Source of the DNA: a virus
Length of the DNA stretch: 64,000 nucleotides
IMG/VR virus record: IMGVR_UViG_3300006201_000016
Coordinates: 4,457-68,456 of that record
Reading direction: 5' to 3' (one strand)
Shown: positions 1 to 10,194 of the stretch, in pieces
Layout of the letters: each line of letters starts with the position of its first letter
Position numbering within the stretch: the stretch's first letter is position 1
The notes under the pieces: generated by a model
What the model was told of the DNA's origin: nothing
Databases searched by the model: none
The model's input: only the letters and a program-made list of their open reading frames with translations
Translations under genes and position numbers: made by a program

Positions 1-1
1 T

Positions 2-352
2 TATATGTACCGGGATAATATCGTCGCTCGGATTTAATTTGTCTTTTGGCACACAAATCTTCATCATCTCGCCGTATTCCGTCGGATATGGACTGTTCTG
101 CATTTTTTTCTCCTCCTTTTTCGCGGGTGGCTTCTTCTCCTCTTTCTTTGGAGGCTTCTTTTCCTCTTTCGCAGAAACCTCTTTTTTTTCTTCCTCGAAT
201 GCCGTCTCTTCTTTCTCTGGCGCTTCCTCTTCAGGTGACTCTTCTTCGGGCGCAGGTACCCCCTCATCCAAAATCTCATCGCTAATAGCCGTTTCGATTT
301 CCGCTTTTTCAAGCTCCACATCGCTCATTGTTACATTTTTTGCATCACTCAT
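2..352 (-). CDS. Acidic/Lys-rich virion-associated protein downstream of the capsid gene (runs off the left edge)
   Basis: ATG at 352 with a GGAGG RBS, translating MSDAKNVTMSDVELEKAEIE...KICVPKDKLNPSDDIIPVHI. Same position and similar motif as 27817-28353. The tracked 64..321 ORF is a different frame. Confidence 0.7.
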   Translation of the reverse strand, partial: MSDAKNVTMSDVELEKAEIETAISDEILDEGVPAPEEESPEEEAPEKEETAFEEEKKEVSAKEEKKPPKKEEKKPPAKKEEKKMQNSPYPTEYGEMMKICVPKDKLNPSDDIIPVHI

Positions 353-362
353 AATTCTCCTC

Positions 363-1286
363 CTATTCTGTAGCAGCGTGCTCAATTCTTACTATCGCAT
401 TCTCGTTGAGTCTCACTGCCGTAAAAAGCGTCTTCCAACCGACAGAGGCTCTCTGATTAAGAGGATCTTCCGTTCCGGAAGAGCCATGCGGCTTCACAAT
501 TACAGACGGCTTGCTCTTTCCGTCTACATCGCATACACCGTAAGCATCCTTGCCGAAAATAATCGTACTGTGAACAACAACCGAGCTTGCATTTTCCTCC
601 CTGTACGCATTCGATGTCTCGACAAACTTTACACCGTGTATGCTTCCGACTTCACCCTCGATAATTCTCTGACCACCGTTGTACTTCGATACATCCTGCC
701 ATTCGGAATCTTCCTGCAAATCAAGCGCCGTCGCAGAATCTATTATGCCGATATAGAATTTACCCTCTGCAGGCTTTACACTCGCATCCCTCAGCTTCTT
801 TACAGCAAGCTTAATCTCTTTTGATGTAAGCTTATCTGATGTCGTCACTGCATCCGCAGTCGCTCTGCTGCTCGGTCTCAGTACATTTGTGCCCTTTCTT
901 ACCACATCTCTTGTTACAGTATCAATTGTAAGCGCTGCCTGCTCACCGTGAAGAGCACAAGTTTCCGTTATCACAGGGTCAATTCCTACCATATCGAGCT
1001 TGTCCGATACAAGTGTGTAGTCACCGTATTGCTGCACAGTGGCCGTCACTGTAGTAATACTCATCGTCTGACCCGACGGAGTATTACCCTCGGTCAGTGG
1101 AGTAGTCGCCGCACTGTAACTGTTAAACCTTCTGAAATTTATCGTATCACCCTCATTCTTCGGAATAGGCTTGTGCTGACCGTACTTTGCATAAAGCAAA
1201 TTCGGTACAAGCCTCGAAAGAAGAGTCTTCTCATAAAAAGTTTTATTTTCCGCCGTCAAACTCGCAATAGTATTTACAGTTGCCAT
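363..1286 (-). CDS. Major capsid protein, N4-gp56 family (phage A)
   Basis: Motifs IPKNEGDTINFRR, TPLTEG.TP and GSSGTEDPLNQRASVGWK; paralogous to 28362-29624. Confidence 0.92.
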   Translation of the reverse strand: MATVNTIASLTAENKTFYEKTLLSRLVPNLLYAKYGQHKPIPKNEGDTINFRRFNSYSAATTPLTEGNTPSGQTMSITTVTATVQQYGDYTLVSDKLDMVGIDPVITETCALHGEQAALTIDTVTRDVVRKGTNVLRPSSRATADAVTTSDKLTSKEIKLAVKKLRDASVKPAEGKFYIGIIDSATALDLQEDSEWQDVSKYNGGQRIIEGEVGSIHGVKFVETSNAYREENASSVVVHSTIIFGKDAYGVCDVDGKSKPSVIVKPHGSSGTEDPLNQRASVGWKTLFTAVRLNENAIVRIEHAATE

Positions 1287-1299
1287 AATTTTTTACCTC

Positions 1300-2136
1300 C
1301 TAATTCTTTCGGAGTTCTCCCCTCACAGCCTTTTCATAATACGACTCAAAGTCCTCGTTTGACATACTCTCAAAGTCAATCATAGACTTATCGTTCCCGC
1401 TTCCCGAAAGACTTCCCGGAGAAGACGCTCCGTTCTTTGCAATTTTTTTAATAGCCTCCCGCTTCGCCGCTGCAGCCGTACCTGCGGAAAGCCTCTCGTA
1501 ATTCGCAAGGATAAACGCATCCTTAAGTGAATATCCCTTTTCAACAAAAGCATTAAAATTTTCATAGTTCTGAGACTTTTCAAGATCCTCTATGCTTTTT
1601 ATCGAAGGATCTATTTTGCTTATTTCAGATATACAGTACAGAAGCGAGTCCTGCGCAAATTTTTCTTCCTGTGCCGCCTGAAGCTTTTTAATAGCTCTCA
1701 TCTCAGGAAGTTCCCCTATCACCTCAAGGAGCAAATCCTTGTCTATACCCGAAGCCTTAAGAGTTTCGTTTCTCATTTCCTTCTCCGCCTGCTCCGTATA
1801 TGCAATATAATCCGCTTCGCTTTCTATTGCTCTTTCCGTAAACGGATTCACATACCCTGAATACACCTGCCTGTAAAAGTCATCAATCTTTTTCTGATAT
1901 TTTTCATCCGCTTCTTTCTCAGCGCGAAGTCTCGACGCTTTCCAAACATCATTCGGGATATTCTCTGTTCCGTTCTGCGCTTCATTTTCCTGTACATTAT
2001 CGTCTGCCTCCTGATGTCCGTTTTCTTCCGTAACCTCATCATTTTGAAGGCCGGCTGCACCTTCCGCAGTATCATCAAAATCCGTATAATCTACTTCTCC
2101 TGTTTCAACTGCTACGCCGTCATCAAATTCATTCAT
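1300..2136 (-). CDS. Capsid scaffolding protein (phage A)
   Basis: Acidic N-terminus, coiled-coil, lies between portal and capsid genes. Confidence 0.7.
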   Translation of the reverse strand: MNEFDDGVAVETGEVDYTDFDDTAEGAAGLQNDEVTEENGHQEADDNVQENEAQNGTENIPNDVWKASRLRAEKEADEKYQKKIDDFYRQVYSGYVNPFTERAIESEADYIAYTEQAEKEMRNETLKASGIDKDLLLEVIGELPEMRAIKKLQAAQEEKFAQDSLLYCISEISKIDPSIKSIEDLEKSQNYENFNAFVEKGYSLKDAFILANYERLSAGTAAAAKREAIKKIAKNGASSPGSLSGSGNDKSMIDFESMSNEDFESYYEKAVRGELRKN

Positions 2137-2187
2137 TATTATTCCTTTCCGGGATTATACGCTTTCCCAAAGCTAAATTTATGCCAA

Positions 2188-2355
2188 TCATTTTTCATGA
2201 TCTGCAGTCTTAAATTGTGTATTTGCTGCCTCATCCGGCTTGAGATATTCAGCGCAGTTTCTGTTAACGCAAGTATAATATGTATCTGTAAGCCTACCCT
2301 CTTCATCAAATACCCGCTCCGCAAACATCTCATTTCCGCATACCTTACACTGCAT
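2188..2355 (-). CDS. Small zinc-ribbon protein
   Basis: MQCKVCGNEM...YTCVNRNC (CxxC...CxxxxC); overlaps the portal stop. Confidence 0.55.
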   Translation of the reverse strand: MQCKVCGNEMFAERVFDEEGRLTDTYYTCVNRNCAEYLKPDEAANTQFKTADHEK

Positions 2356-4057
2356 TAAAATCCACCTCCTGTACAGAGCTTTTGTCCTCATTCTCCTCAG
2401 ACACTTCTTCTGCAGAAATCATAGACTTAAGCTTTTCCTTAAAAGGCACCACATTTGCCGGTGCAAGTTCCATATACTGCTCAAGCGTAATTTCTTTTCT
2501 GTCATAAAACTTATCAAGCGTCGTCATAGTCAGCTCATCCGCATACTCTGTCGCTTCTCCGACATCTATTGACACTTTAAAATCAAAACCCGCATAGTCC
2601 GTGCCCGTAAATTCCACCTCTTCATCTTCTCCAAGTGCATTTGACATAATAAGATTTCTCGAAACGGAAAAATACGTCTTATAAAATTCAATGAGAATCC
2701 TCGCAATGCGGCGAATACTGCTCTTATATCTCCTCTGTATCTCCCTTATAGGCGTCCGCGCCTGATTCTGAAGCGCTATAATAGCCGCAGCGGCTATGTT
2801 TGAGCCTATATTTTCACCCGTAGATACATCAGTAACACCCGATATAGTTCTTGACATCGTAAATATTTCCTCCGCAATCGCAGAAGCTGCGCTCGTCGGA
2901 GACGGCGGTACAAGATGCCTTATTGCGCCCGCCTCCCTTTCAACAAGCACTTCGCCCGGTGCATTTGTAATCTCTCCCTCAAGCATACCCTTCTTAACCA
3001 CCGTCTTCGGCCAGCCTGTGTCCTGCACAGAAAGAATCTGCATCGCCTTAAGAAAGTTATATGCCCTGTTTATCGTAATAACATCCTTTGCCTCACCTAC
3101 ACCAAAAATACTCTTTTTCCGCTTCTTCCACGATATGACTTCAATCGGATAAAGACTTATTTTATATCCTGCATCTTCATCTTCCTTACGCGGAATGTCA
3201 GGACCTGACACATCATCCGCGATACTCTCCGCACCCGCATCAATCACATTTTCTTTTTCTTCGTCCGTATTATTGCTGCTCGGTGTCAAAAATCTTCCCG
3301 AAATAAGAACAACACTTTTAGTTGCTCTGTCATAGCAGACCTCGCCGCCCTTCCTGTAATACTTCGTGAGGACCGTGCAGTCATCATCATCTGACACCTG
3401 CTTGCCGCCCAAAGCATTCTCCGATTCATCCTGATCTGCAGCAATATTCCTCATTTCTTCCTCCGAAAGTCCGACTTCTTTTGCAAAAGCACGCACATTT
3501 CTCACAGTCTCTCTTGAGCGTATTATTATATACGGCTGCTTCTGAACATCCCTCACTTTCGGCCGTGCAAATCCAATATCAAGCGGATCTATCGTCTCAC
3601 CTCTTACATCACCCACATACCTCGACAGTTCACCGCCGCTTACAGAATTATCCCAAAAGAAATGAAGTATACCCGTACCGTAAGTAGCCGCATCGTCAAT
3701 AAAGTCACTCGACAAATCATCAAAATCCATATCTTCCAGAAGTTGCTTTGTGTACCCCGTTATAAGCCGTGCTCCCTCTGTCACAAACTCTTTTTCCCCG
3801 TCATTCATAAGATTTACTTCCGAAGCCTTATAATTTATATTCATAGTCTGATTCGTAACACTTGCCCTCTTGCGTGATATGAACATCTCAGTGATATTAA
3901 ATACAGGCCTCGGAAGATGCTTTGTCCTTACCGTAATTCGCGGCCACTGGTCACCCTCCTTAAACTTCGTAATCTCAGGAAAATCATCACTAAAACCCAT
4001 TGACACACTGTACTCTCTGCACTTTTCCCATTCGCTCCAAACTTTAGTTTTTTTCAT
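2345..4057 (-). CDS. Portal protein (P22/N4-like, phage A)
   Basis: About 570 aa, DAATYGTGILHFFWD and SGVTDVSTG motifs, follows terminase; RBS favours start 4057. Confidence 0.85.
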   Translation of the reverse strand: MKKTKVWSEWEKCREYSVSMGFSDDFPEITKFKEGDQWPRITVRTKHLPRPVFNITEMFISRKRASVTNQTMNINYKASEVNLMNDGEKEFVTEGARLITGYTKQLLEDMDFDDLSSDFIDDAATYGTGILHFFWDNSVSGGELSRYVGDVRGETIDPLDIGFARPKVRDVQKQPYIIIRSRETVRNVRAFAKEVGLSEEEMRNIAADQDESENALGGKQVSDDDDCTVLTKYYRKGGEVCYDRATKSVVLISGRFLTPSSNNTDEEKENVIDAGAESIADDVSGPDIPRKEDEDAGYKISLYPIEVISWKKRKKSIFGVGEAKDVITINRAYNFLKAMQILSVQDTGWPKTVVKKGMLEGEITNAPGEVLVEREAGAIRHLVPPSPTSAASAIAEEIFTMSRTISGVTDVSTGENIGSNIAAAAIIALQNQARTPIREIQRRYKSSIRRIARILIEFYKTYFSVSRNLIMSNALGEDEEVEFTGTDYAGFDFKVSIDVGEATEYADELTMTTLDKFYDRKEITLEQYMELAPANVVPFKEKLKSMISAEEVSEENEDKSSVQEVDFNAV

Positions 4058-4253
4058 TATTTGCCTCTCCATAAACCCACTCATTGAAAATCTCACGAGT
4101 TATACCTTTAAATTCACCGCTGTTTTCTGTTTCAGTATTCTGCTTTTCATATTCTCTTGCAGCCTCAGCTTTATAAGGCTGCCCACTCTCAAACTCAGAA
4201 AGCACTTCCCTCAAAGCTTCCCGCATACATTTCTTAACCCACTCCTTAATCAA
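4044..4253 (-). CDS. Hypothetical protein
   Basis: Translationally coupled between terminase and portal; ends in an IFNEWVYG motif. Confidence 0.6.
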   Translation of the reverse strand: MIKEWVKKCMREALREVLSEFESGQPYKAEAAREYEKQNTETENSGEFKGITREIFNEWVYGEANNEKN

Positions 4254-5611
4254 TATACAAACACCTCGCTTCTATCTATATCATCACCCGTAACAAGCGG
4301 TGCTGGCAGTACCCTCTTTTCAGCACGAACAGTATGTACAGGACAAGGTCTCCCGCTTATGTAATACCTGATTGCATCTGGTCCGTGTGTAAGCTCGTGC
4401 GGATCCTTTGCCACATCGCCTATATTTTTAGCATCATACTGAATCTCCTGCATACACCTGATAAGATTCGGACAAGTATCAAAAATCACAAGATTCGCCG
4501 TCTCACTCCCGTCAGGAAGCTTATACGATTTAAGCTGCTCCTTAAGCGCACCCCAGCCCATAATCCTGCTATTATCCACCTTATGCAAATAAATATCTTC
4601 GTCAGCAAATACATCTGCAAACGATTCACCCGTCTGCGAACTCTTATTCCACAAATCAGGCGGAGCGAACGTATCATAAACCTCTTCATTTGTAAGCTTA
4701 TTCATAAGCCTTGCTGCATCCCTTGCAAGCATACGCTCCTCCCAAATCTCACGGAATACATAGCTCTTTCCCCATCTGTTCACTGCTATGAAATACGCCG
4801 CATACATATCAAGCCCGTAATCAAGAGCTCTGTATACAGTCCAACTTTTAGGAATCACAAACGGTCTGCACACATGAATTGCCCTCTTAAATTCATCAAA
4901 ATACTGACCCTCAAATATATCCCAGTCACCGTACAGAAAAGCCTTTTTCTTTGCCTCCGGCAGATTTTCAAGCCTCCTTACATATGTAGGGTCGTTTTTC
5001 ATCAGTACCTTATTGTCATAAACCTTTGCCGGCACAAATTGAATGGTATTGCCCGTAACAGCGTCCACAGCTGTCTTCTGCCCGTAATTCGTAGCCTCTA
5101 TATAGCGCCTCTTCACCCAGGTATGCCCTTTATCCCCCGGATTGCACGTTGCACGGAACTTCGTCGGAAAACCCTTCGGCGAACGCAGACACGAGAGCAG
5201 CACCTGGATAGCATATTCGCTGTGCTTTGTAAGCTCATCAACTCCAATCCAGTCGATGCTTCGTCCCTGGTATCCGTCGGCATCAATATCGTTTGACATA
5301 TATCGAAAATATATCTCGCTCCCGTTTATCAGCCTCGCCATCTTCTTTTGCTCATTGAATAAGTAAAGCTCTTTATCTATATAAGTGCGGAATGTTTTAA
5401 TAATATTTGCTTCAAGATCGTCATAAGTTTCTCTGAAAAAGTATATTGTAGCACCGGGATATTCAAACCCATATGCCGCGCCTTCCATTACCAAAGCGTG
5501 TGATTTCCCGCCGCCTTTCGCTCCGCCGTATACACATTCATCTGCAGATGATTTATGAAAAATTCTTTGCCTGTCATTCGGCTCATATTTAATTACAATA
5601 CGCTTTTCCAT
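4250..5611 (-). CDS. terL: Terminase large subunit (phage A)
   Basis: Walker A GGAKGGGKS, Walker B IGVDE, coupling motif ATCNPG, nuclease ALDYG and HGPDAIRY. Confidence 0.95.
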   Translation of the reverse strand: MEKRIVIKYEPNDRQRIFHKSSADECVYGGAKGGGKSHALVMEGAAYGFEYPGATIYFFRETYDDLEANIIKTFRTYIDKELYLFNEQKKMARLINGSEIYFRYMSNDIDADGYQGRSIDWIGVDELTKHSEYAIQVLLSCLRSPKGFPTKFRATCNPGDKGHTWVKRRYIEATNYGQKTAVDAVTGNTIQFVPAKVYDNKVLMKNDPTYVRRLENLPEAKKKAFLYGDWDIFEGQYFDEFKRAIHVCRPFVIPKSWTVYRALDYGLDMYAAYFIAVNRWGKSYVFREIWEERMLARDAARLMNKLTNEEVYDTFAPPDLWNKSSQTGESFADVFADEDIYLHKVDNSRIMGWGALKEQLKSYKLPDGSETANLVIFDTCPNLIRCMQEIQYDAKNIGDVAKDPHELTHGPDAIRYYISGRPCPVHTVRAEKRVLPAPLVTGDDIDRSEVFVY

Positions 5612-6078
5612 TACTCCGGTCTTGGCATATTCTCAAAAATAACCTTGATTTCTCCATCAGCGTTGCCCGCAATCGTAAGCTTCTCATTCCAAAGCTGCGG
5701 CCTCTTATTCTTCAGGAAAAAGATTATCGAAGTCGGATTCGGCGGCACATATTCCTCTTCCTCTGCCGTCACAACTTTTTCCTCACTGCATTTCCTGCCC
5801 TTATCATCGTAATAGTCCATCTTCACCTTAAAAGCCTTTTTTACTTTTACAATGCCGCCGATTGCAGACTTAAAAAGCGAGTTTTCCACAGATTCAACCG
5901 CACTGTCATCACCAAGTGCAAAAGCTTCTTCAAGCTCCGCATATTTTTTCCTATATTCGCGAAAAGTTGAACACGCAATCTTAAGCCTCCCCGCAATTTC
6001 TTCCTGCGAAGCGCCCTGCTCCGCCCACAGCTTTATTTCTTTAAGCCGAGGTTTTACATATCTTTCGTATTTGCTCAC
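5611..6078 (-). CDS. terS: Terminase small subunit (HTH)
   Basis: HTH EEIAGRLKIACSTF, VENSLFKSA and PNPTSIIFFLKN motifs; GTG start after GGGAGG. Confidence 0.8.
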   Translation of the reverse strand: MSKYERYVKPRLKEIKLWAEQGASQEEIAGRLKIACSTFREYRKKYAELEEAFALGDDSAVESVENSLFKSAIGGIVKVKKAFKVKMDYYDDKGRKCSEEKVVTAEEEEYVPPNPTSIIFFLKNKRPQLWNEKLTIAGNADGEIKVIFENMPRPE

Positions 6079-6248
6079 CAAAATCCTCACCTCCCTTTCT
6101 TTTTTAGGTCGCCGAAAACGCCGAATTTGATTTTTAAAATGTTTATATAAATAAAAACCCAAGTATTATTTATATACTTAGGTCTGTTTTTCGTATCATC
6201 CTTCACAATACCATATTAACACATAAAATTTTCCCTGCGTTATCAACT

Positions 6249-6641
6249 TCACTCCGCCGTCCAATTCATATTTCGTGCCACCTCATATATAAAACGGCTT
6301 CTATTTCTGCTCCAAGTCGCAGCGCCCGCAAATTCGGGATACTTTTTTCCAAAAGCCACATTTTCAAAAACACCGTCTCTGTATTCGGCAGGAATAGTAA
6401 GCAGCGCCGCAGTCACCGCTTTTATGCACCTTGCACATTCATACACCTTTGCCGCTCTTGCAGGCGTCGGATCGGAAACAGCCGCACCGCTCGGCCCTTC
6501 ACTTAAAAAAGATTCTTCGAGCAAATCATCATACTCCTCCCGAAGCCTCTTGTAATCGCGAATCAAGTAAACTGTCCGCATATATAAATTCTTCGGGAGA
6601 TAATATTTATTATTTTTTACAGGCTGATATACCCTCGCCAT
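6249..6641 (-). CDS. Late transcriptional activator, RinA/ArpU-like
   Basis: SDPT motif and C-terminal RSRFIYEVA helix; last gene of the early operon before terS. Confidence 0.6.
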   Translation of the reverse strand: MARVYQPVKNNKYYLPKNLYMRTVYLIRDYKRLREEYDDLLEESFLSEGPSGAAVSDPTPARAAKVYECARCIKAVTAALLTIPAEYRDGVFENVAFGKKYPEFAGAATWSRNRSRFIYEVARNMNWTAE

Positions 6642-6679
6642 TTATTTATCCCTCCTCACGTCAAAAAGACCTCTCAAGG

Positions 6680-7513
6680 TCATAGGTCAAACTCTAAACT
6701 ATATTGAAGCGGCATATTCTCCTTAAGCCACGCCGCGCGGCTCTCATTGCGGTATGCTTTCTTTTTCTGCCCGTTCACGCGTTTGCGCACCTTATACGGA
6801 TTTATTGGCAACATTATGTACTCCATATACTCACGTTCGGTTATAGGATTCTGACCACAGTATATGCTGTCCCTGTCAATATAGTATCCCGGAAGTGGCT
6901 TCGGCTCTTCTCCAAGCTCGCTGTACGGTATACTTGTCTCAAACACCTCGGGCATTGTAAGATTGCGACTACAGGTATAACGATGTCTTCCGTACGCATC
7001 GGGGTCTCTGAATGTTCTCTGTGTTTCTTTTACAAGATATTCAGCGAGTTTACGCCAATCCCTGTCTTTACGGAGTACGCGCACGTGTACAGAGCCGTAT
7101 TCCTCCCACATTGCCTGAATATCCGATATAGATATTCCCGCATTTACCACAAGATGATGATGTATGCGCTTGTTCTTATATTCCGTCGTTTCAATCCACT
7201 TGAAAATTTCTCCGTTTGCTTTATATTTAGTGCGCATTCTCCTTTTCATACCGCGTATATTGTCCCTCGCCTCTTCCTTCGTCGGCGGCAATCCCCTATA
7301 TGTACATACCAGGTGATAATCACCCGGCATAAAATTGTGGAGAAGCTTTATAAGAAGTGTGCGGACACTGTTCCTGAAATTTAATTTTTTCACAGCTTCA
7401 GGTGTAGGATTCGCCTTCGGCATTCTCGTTTCTCCCTTGCCTCTTCTTCTCTTTTCAATTTTCCTCTGAAATATCACTCCGCCTGCAAAGATAGTTTCAA
7501 GTACCGCTCCCAT
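6680..7513 (-). CDS. HUH-endonuclease (rolling-circle Rep-like) replication protein
   Basis: Motif I HLVCTY, motif II RIHHHLVVN, motif III LAEYLVKE, plus SRNL. Confidence 0.75.
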   Translation of the reverse strand: MGAVLETIFAGGVIFQRKIEKRRRGKGETRMPKANPTPEAVKKLNFRNSVRTLLIKLLHNFMPGDYHLVCTYRGLPPTKEEARDNIRGMKRRMRTKYKANGEIFKWIETTEYKNKRIHHHLVVNAGISISDIQAMWEEYGSVHVRVLRKDRDWRKLAEYLVKETQRTFRDPDAYGRHRYTCSRNLTMPEVFETSIPYSELGEEPKPLPGYYIDRDSIYCGQNPITEREYMEYIMLPINPYKVRKRVNGQKKKAYRNESRAAWLKENMPLQYSLEFDL

Positions 7514-7605
7514 TTCCGCACTCTCCCGTTCTAAAGTTAATAACCTATACCAAGTTTTATGCTCTACACACGAGCTCGTCCACTTTCAATATATAAATGT
7601 AAACT

Positions 7606-7851
7606 TTATTTTAAATACTCGCCGAGTATACCGGCAAGACTTTTCGCCTCTTCATCAGTAAACGTAATTCCCTTGCTCATCTTACTCCTGTCGGAACTCC
7701 AGTCCCTTATATCAATCTTTGGCACCCGCTTACTCCAGGATATAAGATTCACTTCTTTGCGCCAACCCGAAGACGTATTTACCGATATAACCCCTATCTC
7801 TTTTATAATTTCATACTCCATATCCATCTTCTTATACCTTTTCTCTTTCAA
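7606..7851 (-). CDS. YdbC/PC4-family ssDNA-binding protein
   Basis: GWRKEVNLISW...DIRDW...MSKGITF signature. Confidence 0.85.
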   Translation of the reverse strand: MKEKRYKKMDMEYEIIKEIGVISVNTSSGWRKEVNLISWSKRVPKIDIRDWSSDRSKMSKGITFTDEEAKSLAGILGEYLK

Positions 7852-8170
7852 TGTTTACGTTTACCTTTACAGCCGCTGCGGCTTCACGGGCGGCATACTT
7901 GCCGTAACTTATCCCGAGAGCCCGCGCCTCTTTATTCTTGGTTACGAGGCTTTTATTTCCGTCGCCTTTTTTTCGTGGTCTCCCTCGCTCCATTTTGCTC
8001 CGAGCATTTTCTTTCATATATGATTGTCTTTCTTTGCTCGTCCTTTGATTCGTCTCTTTTACAAGCTTTGCCCGCGCTTTTTTTGAGCATTCCTCACTGC
8101 AGCATTTTGTATTCCCCTTTGCATCAAATGATCTACCGCATATTTCACAAAACTTAATCTTCATCTTCAT
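7832..8170 (-). CDS. Zinc-finger protein
   Basis: CEICG...KCCSEEC and ARALGISYGKY motifs. Confidence 0.6.
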   Translation of the reverse strand: MKMKIKFCEICGRSFDAKGNTKCCSEECSKKARAKLVKETNQRTSKERQSYMKENARSKMERGRPRKKGDGNKSLVTKNKEARALGISYGKYAAREAAAAVKVNVNIEREKV

Positions 8171-8179
8171 CTCGCCTTT

Positions 8180-8470
8180 TTAGAATTTCTTGCCGTGCTT
8201 ATACGGGCGGCTCTCGTTATATTTCATCTTTTTCTCAATGACCGCTTCGAGGTCTATGTCGCAGTATCCGCAGAGGTCGGCGATTCGTATCGCGGTGTCC
8301 GCAAGCTCCACCGCAAAGTTTTCTTTGTCGTCTTTACGCAACGCTTCGAGCGCCTCCGATAGTTCGCTATGTATAAGCGCTATTGCCGTGCCGAGCTCAG
8401 GCGGATCGTCATAAAATCCGTGCAATTGTGCATTCTCGTGTGCGCGTACTACCATTTCATTGATTGTCAT
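8180..8470 (-). CDS. MazG-like NTP pyrophosphatase
   Basis: HSELSEALE...ELAD..IR..D, KMKYNESR. Confidence 0.8.
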   Translation of the reverse strand: MTINEMVVRAHENAQLHGFYDDPPELGTAIALIHSELSEALEALRKDDKENFAVELADTAIRIADLCGYCDIDLEAVIEKKMKYNESRPYKHGKKF

Positions 8471-8742
8471 TTTGCTTCTCCTTTCAAGCTCCTTAACCGG
8501 TATGGATCCGATAATCTGTATTTCTCCGCCTTTTGCGGGCGCAAAATCAAGTGCATCATATCATTTGCCGCACAAGGCATTTCTACCAATCTACCTTGTT
8601 CTTCCAAATCCTCATATCTCGCAAGTTTTCTTATGGCTATTGTATATTTCTCCATAAGCTGCTCTCTCGCTTCTTGTTCCGTCGTTGGATTGTCGAGTTT
8701 TAATGCCGGTCCTTTTGGCGTCATCGTTGTTAATCTACCCAT
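8467..8742 (-). CDS. Hypothetical phage protein
   Basis: MGRLT...KLARYEDLEEQGRL motif typical of Clostridial phage early genes; GAGGAG RBS. Confidence 0.65.
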   Translation of the reverse strand: MGRLTTMTPKGPALKLDNPTTEQEAREQLMEKYTIAIRKLARYEDLEEQGRLVEMPCAANDMMHLILRPQKAEKYRLSDPYRLRSLKGEAK

Positions 8743-8757
8743 TGTCTCCTCCTCACG

Positions 8758-8967
8758 TCACTCCACATGTGACACTTTAGTAAAAATATTTCTGCACGGA
8801 ATTTTTTCTCCCGGCTCCCAATATGAAGACTCCCCCTCTACATACTCCGCTGCTTGAATCGGATACCATTCATCTTTTTCCGTATCAAAATCTTCGTACG
8901 CCTCTCCATAAAATTGCCCTTTTCTCTGATGCTCAACGCGCAATTTCGTTCCTTTCTTAATAATCAT
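8758..8967 (-). CDS. Hypothetical protein
   Basis: Coupled ORF in the early operon. Confidence 0.6.
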   Translation of the reverse strand: MIIKKGTKLRVEHQRKGQFYGEAYEDFDTEKDEWYPIQAAEYVEGESSYWEPGEKIPCRNIFTKVSHVE

Positions 8968-9583
8968 TTTCCTCTTCCTTGTATTCGGACAGAATCCGGT
9001 TTTTTATTTCAATTACGTTCTGCGCGTAACTGCTGACTTTTCCCTTGGCGGCCATTTTGTTGGCGTAAACAGCGCCGCCGCTGTACGCCATAAGTGCCCA
9101 CGTTTCGCCATTTCCTACCGCTATATATTCGGCGAGAATGTTAATTCCGACACTGACATTATCGTACGGGTTGAATAGATCGTTTGCTCCGAGCCTGTCC
9201 ATTCTTTCAGTGTGCCAGCGTGGCTGAATCTGCATCAGCCCGATGCTGTCTCCACCGTCACCGATTGCTGCGGCATTATATTGGCTCTCTTTTTCGATTA
9301 CAGCGAGGACGAGTGCTGGCTCGATGCCGTAATAATCCGCGGCGTTCATTATGTACCTTTGAATTTCTGTCGCAAGCGGTACATCGTAAAGCGGCGCCAG
9401 CTCGCGGTATTCTGCTACTGCTTCCGCCGCAGTCGGCTCTTCCGGCTTGTCCTCCGCAAAACGCTCCGATGGCCACGGCAGGAATGCGGTTACTATCAGC
9501 GTCGCTATTAAAAACAGCCTTATTCCTCTGTCCTCATCTCTTTTCATCTTTCGTTCCTTTCCTGTGCCCTCTGTACGCAGCAC
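8957..9583 (-). CDS. Membrane-anchored SLT lytic transglycosylase
   Basis: N-terminal TM; IEKES (catalytic Glu), GLMQI and AYS motifs. Confidence 0.85.
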   Translation of the reverse strand: MLRTEGTGKERKMKRDEDRGIRLFLIATLIVTAFLPWPSERFAEDKPEEPTAAEAVAEYRELAPLYDVPLATEIQRYIMNAADYYGIEPALVLAVIEKESQYNAAAIGDGGDSIGLMQIQPRWHTERMDRLGANDLFNPYDNVSVGINILAEYIAVGNGETWALMAYSGGAVYANKMAAKGKVSSYAQNVIEIKNRILSEYKEEENDY

Positions 9584-9717
9584 TTACTTCTCCTTTCCTC
9601 AAAGATATAAAAGCAAATTTACACCTTATCAAGAAAACGTCTCTCATATCCTTTGCGATTTCAAAGCAATAACTTATTCTTAAGTACTGCGTACGGAGAA
9701 CACATTTTTTGTTATTT

Positions 9718-9845
9718 GCGGGCACTGTCGACGGCGCGATCTCCGCCACTTTTTATATTCAATGGAGGATTCCCATCGTCGAGCAATATCAGCTAATTTT
9801 TATATTTTTCGGAGAAAAAATATGAGCGCCGCCGACAGTACCCGC
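9718..9845 (-). ncRNA. Putative structured RNA element in the early transcript (20-bp closing stem)
   Basis: 9718-9737 and 9826-9845 pair fully on the minus strand, with two G-U pairs. Confidence 0.45.
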
Positions 9846-9852
9846 AGATTAT

Positions 9853-10194
9853 TTACTTTTTTTCAATCATCCGCAGCTCAAACGTAAGTCTTGTAACTTC
9901 TTCCTCGATCTCGCGACCACGTTTCGGATTATTGTACCGATACGCCTTGCGCATTTCCCTTGTTATTATTGATATTCGCGCGTACAGCGTTTGTATTTGG
10001 TTGTTGCGGCTTATCGGCCGCTCCCTGCCCACCCAATAACAACACCACGGGCTTATATTGTCGCCCTCTTTTCTTTTGTGCCAGCAAGCATCGCAGTGTT
10101 CCGATCCGCAAATAAGTGCACCGCCCTTAAGCGGGCACGGCCGCCATTCGCGTACTTCCATATGCGTTTTACCGCATACAGCGCATACCGTCAT
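9853..10194 (-). CDS. Cys-rich hypothetical protein
   Basis: Multiple CxxC motifs; coupled ORF. Confidence 0.6.
   Translation of the reverse strand: MTVCAVCGKTHMEVREWRPCPLKGGALICGSEHCDACWHKRKEGDNISPWCCYWVGRERPISRNNQIQTLYARISIITREMRKAYRYNNPKRGREIEEEVTRLTFELRMIEKK

Noticed and set aside
39-824. Long + strand ORFs opposite structural genes (e.g. 39-824, 4334-5296, 57695-58387)
   Set aside because: Antisense shadows of well-supported minus-strand genes with no recognisable motifs
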